Part shown: positions 58,192 through 64,000 of the stretch, piece after piece
Layout: each line of letters starts with the position of its first letter
Numbering within the stretch: the first letter of the stretch is position 1
Source of the DNA: a virus
Taxonomy: Duplodnaviria; Caudoviricetes
Length of the DNA: 64,000 nucleotides
Strand: one strand, 5' to 3'
Virus record (IMG/VR): IMGVR_UViG_3300021958_000024
Program-made: the position numbers and the translations under genes
Notes under the pieces: generated by a model
Databases searched by the model: none
Seen by the model: the letters and a program-made list of their open reading frames with translations, nothing else
Told to the model about the DNA's origin: nothing

Positions 58192-58988
58192 ATCTAGATT
58201 TTAATACTAAGCAGAAACCTTTCGATACTTTTGGATCATTTTCTTCTGGAAGTATAACTCCAACCTCACAAAGTGGTAGAAGTCCATATGATCCTGGGAT
58301 TAGTGCTTATGATATCAAAAGAAGGTATCCAGATTCTCCTAATGGTTTTTATTAGATTAAAGGTGCTAATGGGAATGCAATACCTGTTTGGTGTCAGATG
58401 ATCGATAATGGTAATGGTTTTGGGTGGATGTTAATCGCTACTGCTCAAGGTAATGGTAATACTGCTGCTGGAAATGCAGCATCATCAGCTATACATACTA
58501 CCGCCGCTGTAGGTGAAATTGATCTTTCTACTGGCACTATTCCATCAGCATATAAGATTTCAGATGTAGATATAAACTATTGGACATCTAGAGCACGTCC
58601 ACAACTAGATCACCCAAAACTTGTAAGTACACCAGTTTTTGGACTTGCGTGTCCTGCTACAGTTCCTGCTAATAAAAATCTATGGTATGGAGAAGTCATT
58701 GAATGGTTCATTCCAGATACTAATTGGACTAATAATAACATAGATTTTAGGGGGAAAAACACTGGGACATTTAGTAATAGAGGTTATGATACCTATAGTC
58801 AATATTTTTTAGGAACACCACTTAATAATAACTCATACCTTTCTGGAACATTTACTGGATTGGGTCCAACTCTATTTGAAAGTTGGAATTCATGGGGAAA
58901 TCAAATAGTATTTGGTGCAAATATTGGTGGTGGTTTTTATCAAGTGGAATGGAGAACTAATGGATTTTGTTTCTATCGTGCAGGATAA
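58188..58988 (+). pseudogene. Fibrinogen-C-like domain protein interrupted by in-frame TAG (58353-58355)
   Basis: Track ORFs 58146..58355 and 58398..58988 share a frame; read-through gives SAYDIK..YPDSPNGFY*IKG...VWCQM...GWMLIA. Confidence 0.7.
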
Positions 58989-59046
58989 AACCAGTTTATA
59001 AACTGTCCACTTAACCCCGCAGCAACGCTGTGGGGTTTTATACTAT
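58988..59046 (+). promoter_or_regulatory. Early-promoter module copy 5 with terminator-like hairpin
   Basis: CAGTTTATAAACTG palindrome + TCCAC, AACCCCGCAGC-aac-GCTGTGGGGTT hairpin, TACTAT 59041. Confidence 0.7.
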
Positions 59047-59067
59047 ATGGGTATCCATGAGGTGAAC

Positions 59068-59166
59068 ATGTCAACCACAGATAAAATCATTTTTGTGGGA
59101 TCCTTTTTCATTTTAATGAACTGGGGTGTTCGCGTTACTAATGCAACCTTTGAGTTTTTGTTCTGA
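59068..59166 (+). CDS. Small membrane peptide (32 aa), not in ORF track
   Basis: MSTTDKIIFVGSFFILMNWGVRVTNATFEFLF; GAGGTG SD. Confidence 0.55.
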   Translation: MSTTDKIIFVGSFFILMNWGVRVTNATFEFLF

Positions 59167-59597
59167 TGTTGTACTTAGAACAGTCAGGAAAAGGGTCTAG
59201 AAGACTCTCTAAGGACGTTGTAACGTGGTTTATGTGGAAATACCTTCCTAGACACAATATAGAGGTTTCTTTGCTTCATAGAGGTCTTTTAAGAGAAGGT
59301 GTTTATGGGTGGTGTAGCGTACAAGATTGTGATCATCGACCAAGATCCTTTTTGGTTGAGGTTCATAATAAACTAGACCAAGACACTTTCATTAAAGTTT
59401 TACTACATGAACTTTGGCATGTCAAACAGTTTGTTACTGGTGATATGAGAGACAAAAAAGGTAAAAAACACTGGAAAGGAGTTGACATCTCTGATGTTGA
59501 CTATGATGACGATCCTAGTGAGATTGAAGCAACTGAAATGGAAAACCCATTGCATTACGAGTACAGTCTTGACAGACTCATCGGATCCATTGTATAA
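59166..59597 (+). CDS. Zincin-like metallopeptidase
   Basis: LLHELWHVKQ (HExxH) and P.EIEA third-ligand motif. Confidence 0.75.
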   Translation: MLYLEQSGKGSRRLSKDVVTWFMWKYLPRHNIEVSLLHRGLLREGVYGWCSVQDCDHRPRSFLVEVHNKLDQDTFIKVLLHELWHVKQFVTGDMRDKKGKKHWKGVDISDVDYDDDPSEIEATEMENPLHYEYSLDRLIGSIV

Positions 59598-59598
59598 T
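59569..59598 (+). promoter_or_regulatory. sigma70-type promoter
   Basis: TTGACA-18 nt-TATAAT. Confidence 0.65.
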
Positions 59599-59635
59599 CG
59601 CTTTGTCAGTATTGGAGTTCATTAAAGACTAATCT

Positions 59636-59830
59636 ATGAAAAAGAAGTTTGTTTCTCTTGTTCCTTTGAGTTCAGCAGCAAAGTTTCGATTTGCCACTGA
59701 AATGGATCATTTTCACGCATGTATGGTTTTAGGAGAGACTGATGACATGTTTGATTTGGTTTCTTTGAATGGTCAGTATTTGACTAAAGTTCCTAAGAAA
59801 GGGAACTCTCACTGGCAAGTTGTTAAATAG
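59636..59830 (+). CDS. Hypothetical protein
   Basis: ORF after promoter. Confidence 0.65.
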   Translation: MKKKFVSLVPLSSAAKFRFATEMDHFHACMVLGETDDMFDLVSLNGQYLTKVPKKGNSHWQVVK

Positions 59831-59853
59831 TTTTACATTAGAGTATTCTAACT

Positions 59854-60051
59854 ATGAAAGATCAGTACACCATTGACGACGGCGAATCCAAACAAGACAA
59901 ATGGAATCGTGGTCTTGATATTTTTATTGAATCAGTGCATAAACCAGATCCTGCACTAAGGCAATGTGCCCATAATCAAAAGTGTTACCATGAGTTAATG
60001 GAAGTGAGAGATAATGTATTGAAATACTTAAATACACTTAGATGGCATTGA
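59854..60051 (+). CDS. Conserved cyanophage hypothetical protein
   Basis: WNRGLDIFIESV.KPD..LRQCAHNQ.CY.ELM. Confidence 0.7.
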   Translation: MKDQYTIDDGESKQDKWNRGLDIFIESVHKPDPALRQCAHNQKCYHELMEVRDNVLKYLNTLRWH

Positions 60052-60052
60052 A

Positions 60053-60247
60053 ATGAACTATAAACCATATAGTCCTGAGTGGCACAGATATAGGTATTTG
60101 AAGGAAGCGATTGATAAGTACCTGGATGATTATGTTGATAATCAGGATATCATGAATGATATTTTAGATATTATCTGTGATCGTTCAGAAATAGCATACA
60201 AAGAGTTTAGTAAACTCAATGAACTAGAAGCAAAATTGCGTAACTAA
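60053..60247 (+). CDS. Hypothetical protein
   Basis: YKPYS.EWHR motif; operon position. Confidence 0.65.
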   Translation: MNYKPYSPEWHRYRYLKEAIDKYLDDYVDNQDIMNDILDIICDRSEIAYKEFSKLNELEAKLRN

Positions 60248-60248
60248 A

Positions 60249-60566
60249 ATGCTTTCAACTCAATACAGACTAAAACTAGAGTTTATTTGCAAATGTATTG
60301 TAAATGGGGAAGAAGTAAAACTTGAAGATATTATTTGGGCAGAGAAACTTGCTAAAGCAAATACTACTGCAAGGGATTGGTTAAACAAAGCACGCAGAAA
60401 GGCAGCAAATCCTGATATGCAGGAGGGAAGTATGGATGATTTTATGAATAAAATGGGTTTAGGAGATCCTGACCCATCAAATCACCGCACTGGTTTCGGT
60501 AGTGCTGATGAAATAGTAGACTGGTTTAGGCAAGACAAACCAGATGATTGGCGCACTCGTGATTGA
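60249..60566 (+). CDS. Conserved cyanophage hypothetical protein
   Basis: MLSTQYRL.LE.IC..I...GDPDPSNH..GF...DWR.RD. Confidence 0.75.
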   Translation: MLSTQYRLKLEFICKCIVNGEEVKLEDIIWAEKLAKANTTARDWLNKARRKAANPDMQEGSMDDFMNKMGLGDPDPSNHRTGFGSADEIVDWFRQDKPDDWRTRD

Positions 60567-60567
60567 T

Positions 60568-60659
60568 GGTGGGCAGCAACAGTAAGTCTTGGCGGAATTA
60601 TGTTGCGTAAGACCCACCCATATGTTATGATAAATAATAATAGTCACGCCAAGACTTAC
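60568..60659 (+). promoter_or_regulatory. Structured leader of HNH gene with internal late promoter
   Basis: GTAAGTCTTGGCG (60582-60594) is the perfect reverse complement of CGCCAAGACTTAC (60647-60659); ATAAATA at 60630-60636 lies between them. Confidence 0.7.
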
Positions 60660-60660
60660 A

Positions 60661-61122
60661 ATGAAAGTATCACAACATCCACTGTATCATACTTGGAATG
60701 GTATGGTTCGTCGCTGTAAAGACCCCAAAAATATAAATTATCCAGATTATGGTGCTCGTGGAATAGAAATTTATGAAGAGTGGTCTGAAAGAGGGTTTCA
60801 CGGCACCACACAAACTCCGCCAGGTTTTATAAAGTTTCTAAAATATATTGATGAAAATTTGGGTGAAAGACCAGAAGGATGCTCTATTGATAGAATAGAC
60901 AACAACTCTGGATACATTCCTGGTAATATAAGATGGGCGGATAACTATACACAAAATATAAATCGTAGATGTCCGAATGGTTCTTTGAGAAATATAAGAA
61001 AAGTTCCGTCTGGTAAATATCAAGTTAATATGTGGTATAAAAAAACTAACTATTATGTTGGAACTTATAACACAGTAGATGAGGCAGTTATTGCCAGAGA
61101 TAAGTATAGAAAAGAATTATAG
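60661..61122 (+). CDS. Free-standing HNH endonuclease with C-terminal AP2-like domain (homing endonuclease)
   Basis: W..M..RC...Y..YG.RGI, SIDRIDN..GY.PGN.RWA....Q..NRR, Y.G.Y.T..EA..AR. Confidence 0.88.
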   Translation: MKVSQHPLYHTWNGMVRRCKDPKNINYPDYGARGIEIYEEWSERGFHGTTQTPPGFIKFLKYIDENLGERPEGCSIDRIDNNSGYIPGNIRWADNYTQNINRRCPNGSLRNIRKVPSGKYQVNMWYKKTNYYVGTYNTVDEAVIARDKYRKEL

Positions 61123-61130
61123 GAGGCAAC

Positions 61131-61370
61131 GTGACTAAAACTGTAGTTATCTATTCTAATGGTAGTCAAGAATGTGAACGTATAAAAATGCTTTTACAAA
61201 GTCTTGATGGAGAATTTCATGAATATCTTGTAGATTGTGATTTCAGTGAAAGACAGTTTCGGATGGAGTTTGGAGATGAAGCAACATATCCACAAGTTGC
61301 GATAGGTAACAAACACATCGGAAATATGAATGAAACTCTTAAATATATGAAACAAAACGGAATGATTTAA
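61131..61370 (+). CDS. Glutaredoxin-like protein
   Basis: VIYS...QEC, F..EFG..ATYPQV.I...HIG. Confidence 0.75.
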   Translation: MTKTVVIYSNGSQECERIKMLLQSLDGEFHEYLVDCDFSERQFRMEFGDEATYPQVAIGNKHIGNMNETLKYMKQNGMI

Positions 61371-61615
61371 TGAATACTTACAACTCAACACTTCTAATAA
61401 TCTTTGGTGTTATTGGATACATAATGATAGTTGACAAAAATGTTGCAGACTATTTTATTCTTTTAACTAAGATTATTGGGTTAAATGCTGAGAGATTGTA
61501 TTGGATGATACGGTTGCATCCTAAAAACTTTGTAACAACCTGGATCAGCAACCGAAAGTATGATAAGATTGCAAGGCAGATGCACAAGGAGTTCCAAGAC
61601 CGCAGTGATCAGTGA
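61370..61615 (+). CDS. Hypothetical membrane protein
   Basis: Hydrophobic N-terminus, W...LHP.N. Confidence 0.65.
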   Translation: MNTYNSTLLIIFGVIGYIMIVDKNVADYFILLTKIIGLNAERLYWMIRLHPKNFVTTWISNRKYDKIARQMHKEFQDRSDQ

Positions 61616-62009
61616 CAGCATTTACAAACTTGCTATTGAAGTTGCAAAATCATCACGCTCAAAAAAGAAAGTTGGTGCAGTTTTACTAAACAAAAGCAAA
61701 GTAGTTGTTTCTGGCACTAATCTAGAAAGAAAATCACATCCTCTACAGGCAAGATTTGCTGAACGTGCAGGACTCAAAGAAAAGATTTATCTTCATGCCG
61801 AGATTTCCGCACTTGTCAAATGTAGAGAAGAATGTGATACTATAGTAGTTGCACGAGTTAATCCTCAAAACAAACTTCGAATGGCACGTCCATGCCCAAT
61901 CTGTGAACTGGCACTAAAAGAAGCAGGGATTACAAAAATCCATTACACTACAAACCAAGGTTTTCTTTACGAGTATCAATGTTTGACAAAACTGACCATG
62001 ATGAGATGA
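61560..62009 (+). CDS. Cytidine/dCMP deaminase-like zinc protein (start probably ~61605)
   Basis: VGAVL, HAEISAL, PCPIC, GI..I.Y. Confidence 0.85.
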   Translation: MIRLQGRCTRSSKTAVISDSIYKLAIEVAKSSRSKKKVGAVLLNKSKVVVSGTNLERKSHPLQARFAERAGLKEKIYLHAEISALVKCREECDTIVVARVNPQNKLRMARPCPICELALKEAGITKIHYTTNQGFLYEYQCLTKLTMMR

Positions 62010-62281
62010 AAGAGCGTCTTAGTGATGTTGTTTTTGAATATCTTTCCGATAAAGAATCACTGCCACTATTTCTATCAGACTTAAATGAAATAGTTAAAAG
62101 TAACTATGACTACTTCAAAACTTATGCAGATGGGTGTAAAGAAGTTTTAGATAAACTTCCTGTTTATCACAACGATCTTGTTGAGTACTCCAAGTATTAT
62201 TATGATCGAGATCGTAATCGAAGCACCTCAATCAATAATGCTTCTAAAAAGGATTGGGATGACTTTTGGGAAGGTTTGTAA
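61979..62281 (+). CDS. Hypothetical protein
   Basis: ORF in operon. Confidence 0.55.
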   Translation: MFDKTDHDEMKERLSDVVFEYLSDKESLPLFLSDLNEIVKSNYDYFKTYADGCKEVLDKLPVYHNDLVEYSKYYYDRDRNRSTSINNASKKDWDDFWEGL

Positions 62282-62451
62282 TGGCAAATAACAAATGGAA
62301 CATTGATGATGATGAGAGTCTATACGAGATCATCATGAACTTAGAAAAAAGAGTAAATGAGTTAGAAAAAGAAAATGTGGGAACCACAAACACACTTTAC
62401 GAAATCTTGAACACTTTAGAAACAATCCAATGGCACTATCAAAATCAGTAG
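62281..62451 (+). CDS. Hypothetical coiled-coil protein
   Basis: ATG 62281 coupled to upstream stop. Confidence 0.55.
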   Translation: MANNKWNIDDDESLYEIIMNLEKRVNELEKENVGTTNTLYEILNTLETIQWHYQNQ

Positions 62452-62627
62452 AAGAAAGTTTGAATGAAGCGGAGAGTAATCTTCGCAATGCTCTAGCATT
62501 TGCTGCTAGACAAGAAAGACCTCTTGTTTGTAATAACATCTCCAAACTTATTTTGGATATTGAACATATCAAGTCTTTTGATGAACTACTAGATACTATT
62601 GATCAATCTATTCAGATTGACAAATAA
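62430..62627 (+). CDS. Conserved cyanophage hypothetical protein
   Basis: MALS.SVE.SL.EA...LRNALAFAAR.E.P. Confidence 0.7.
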   Translation: MALSKSVEESLNEAESNLRNALAFAARQERPLVCNNISKLILDIEHIKSFDELLDTIDQSIQIDK

Positions 62628-62645
62628 ACTACAAACAAGTAAACT
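62617..62645 (+). promoter_or_regulatory. sigma70-type promoter
   Basis: TTGACA-17 nt-TAAACT. Confidence 0.6.
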
Positions 62646-62667
62646 TACGGAGTAACCTAAAGAAGAA

Positions 62668-62901
62668 ATGAAGTACCTCTACGTTGTCGATCATTTTGTT
62701 CCATTCCCATCCTCTGAATATGGTGGTATTTGGAATGTAGTCGCTTCAAATAATGAAGAATGTTTTGATTTGATTACAGATTTTGATGCAGATGATAATG
62801 TTGGGCATTATTCTGATCTACGACAAAACATTATGAAAGCAAGGGTATTTCCTCTTGCACAAGATATTGAATCATCAGTAATCGCTGAGTTTACAACATG
62901 A
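62668..62901 (+). CDS. Conserved cyanophage hypothetical protein
   Basis: YVVDHFVPFPSSEYGG.WNV.A. Confidence 0.7.
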   Translation: MKYLYVVDHFVPFPSSEYGGIWNVVASNNEECFDLITDFDADDNVGHYSDLRQNIMKARVFPLAQDIESSVIAEFTT

Positions 62902-63077
62902 AGTTTTCATTAAAATCTGAAGTCTGTTACAAAGATTTGTATGGATTTGTAGATTTTATTGACAGTGAGTGTATAGTTATTCAACTACCAACACCACCAG
63001 GTAGAAATCCTCCAAGAGTTGTTGTTTATCACTGTGACTTTGATAAAGTCAAAGTTTTGAAAGATAGTGATAAATAA
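62898..63077 (+). CDS. Hypothetical protein (59 aa), not in ORF track
   Basis: ATGA-coupled; MKFSLKSEVCYKDLYGFVDFID... Confidence 0.55.
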   Translation: MKFSLKSEVCYKDLYGFVDFIDSECIVIQLPTPPGRNPPRVVVYHCDFDKVKVLKDSDK

Positions 63078-63098
63078 TAAAAAAATACTATTACTAAA

Positions 63099-63275
63099 AT
63101 GGCAAGATTAATGGCAAAACTAGGACTAGGTGTTTCCGTTGCGGATTTCAACAACGATGAACACGTTGAAGATAGGACACCAACAGTCACTGCTGTTGCA
63201 GATGATATCTCTGTGTCAGAACCTGAAAGTAAACTTAATCTAGGTATTTCTGTAGATACTGATCTTGATGAATGA
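63099..63275 (+). CDS. Acidic hypothetical protein (58 aa), not in ORF track
   Basis: After ATAAATA motif; KLGLGVSV / KLNLGISV internal repeat; ATGA overlap with next gene. Confidence 0.5.
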   Translation: MARLMAKLGLGVSVADFNNDEHVEDRTPTVTAVADDISVSEPESKLNLGISVDTDLDE

Positions 63276-63484
63276 TTAAAAAACGAGTTCAACCAGAAAC
63301 TCCAACAAAACCTTTCCATGAAACCTTTCCTTTTGGTCTAAGTTGGACCACAAAAGAAGGAAAGAAAGAACTTGAACACTTTGCTTATTTCCCATACGAT
63401 GACTACAGATCAAGATACATGCAGCGATTCAAAAGTGAAGGAGGTAGAAAGTTCAAGCGATTCAAAACCAAACCAAGAGTATGA
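63272..63484 (+). CDS. Hypothetical basic protein
   Basis: ATGA-coupled ORF. Confidence 0.55.
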   Translation: MIKKRVQPETPTKPFHETFPFGLSWTTKEGKKELEHFAYFPYDDYRSRYMQRFKSEGGRKFKRFKTKPRV

Positions 63485-63689
63485 GTGGATTGATGATGCT
63501 TTCCGCGTAGAAGAAACACGTTTTATGTGGAAAAGTGTCCGTAAAGATAATGGTAAAGACTTTTTATTTGGTGTTACTAAAGAAGCGGTGATTCATATGT
63601 CACGCTGGCATCTTAAATGTGAACAAGAAGGAACTCTTGAACAACATACAAGAGTAGTTGGAGATGGTTTTGTTGGTGGAAAACTATAA
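63372..63689 (+). CDS. Conserved cyanophage hypothetical protein (start uncertain)
   Basis: WIDDAFRVE...WKS....G...VGGKL. Confidence 0.65.
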   Translation: MNTLLISHTMTTDQDTCSDSKVKEVESSSDSKPNQEYEWIDDAFRVEETRFMWKSVRKDNGKDFLFGVTKEAVIHMSRWHLKCEQEGTLEQHTRVVGDGFVGGKL

Positions 63690-63716
63690 ATAACACTAAA
63701 CTGTGTTTATATAAAA

Positions 63717-64000
63717 ATGAAGTCTTACAAAGAGTTTGTTTCTGAAGCATTCAAAAGAACTGGCAAGAAAATATCCTTTGTAAGACTTCATCATGGGTCT
63801 GATGAAGACTCAGTAAAATCAATCAAAAAGAGTGGTCCTAGACCTTCACCTAAAGGTAGTGAGGGTCCAGGACATTATGTCACTCCAGATAAAAAGAAAG
63901 CATCAAAATATGCTGAGTTTACTTCTAAATCAAGAAAGAAGAAACCAGCAGTAGTATCATATAGAGTTTCAAAGAAAAGGATTACTAATACAGATAGTAT
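63717..64000 (+). CDS. Putative internal head protein with ADP-ribosyltransferase-like domain (truncated by window end), not in ORF track
   Basis: TATAAATA late promoter 63685-63692; MKSYKEFVSE resembles T4 capsid-targeting sequence; LHHGS..SIKKSG...GPGHYVT...A.KYA. Confidence 0.6.
   Translation, partial: MKSYKEFVSEAFKRTGKKISFVRLHHGSDEDSVKSIKKSGPRPSPKGSEGPGHYVTPDKKKASKYAEFTSKSRKKKPAVVSYRVSKKRITNTDS

Noticed and set aside
58353-58355. Genome-wide TAG reassignment
   Set aside because: TAG ends conserved genes at expected positions (zwf, petE, gp26); only one internal TAG was found.
41554-58988. Diversity-generating retroelement acting on tail fibres
   Set aside because: No reverse transcriptase in the window and no template/variable repeat pair differing only at adenines was seen.
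1-64000. tRNA or rRNA genes
   Set aside because: No T-arm GTTC(G/A)A cloverleaf or rRNA-like sequence recognised in intergenic regions by eye; tRNAscan-SE would confirm.

Overview
A 64-kb segment of a T4-like cyanomyovirus, probably infecting marine Synechococcus (D1 keeps the long C-terminal extension). In order: structural/tail-fibre genes; psbA with a structured leader; an early-promoter island (cyAbrB-like regulator, two pentapeptide-repeat genes, many small ORFs); an auxiliary metabolic cluster (petE, talC, truncated ptox, zwf, probable gnd stub, glutaredoxin, speD); two glutamine-II-type riboswitch aptamers upstream of a DUF4278-like YRG peptide; T4 core genes (thyX, phoH, exonuclease, gp33, gp59, gp32, gp53, gp48, gp4, tail tube-like, gp26, gp51, hub proteins, CP12, gp5); large virion/tail-fibre genes; a second small-ORF region with an HNH-AP2 endonuclease, a deaminase and a truncated candidate ADP-ribosyltransferase. 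Top observations: (1) tandem riboswitch aptamers, the second with a whole 53-aa ORF inside its P2 loop; (2) a candidate programmed -1 frameshift (SD-like GGAGGG + T TTT TTC) fusing gp26 to gp51, like lambda G/GT; (3) strong AATT depletion that the HNH gene does not share; (4) decay of ptox and gnd; (5) an in-frame amber codon at a Trp position in a fibrinogen-like gene. All family calls are from motif recognition by eye; no searches were run. No tRNA, rRNA, CRISPR array, intron or reverse transcriptase was seen.
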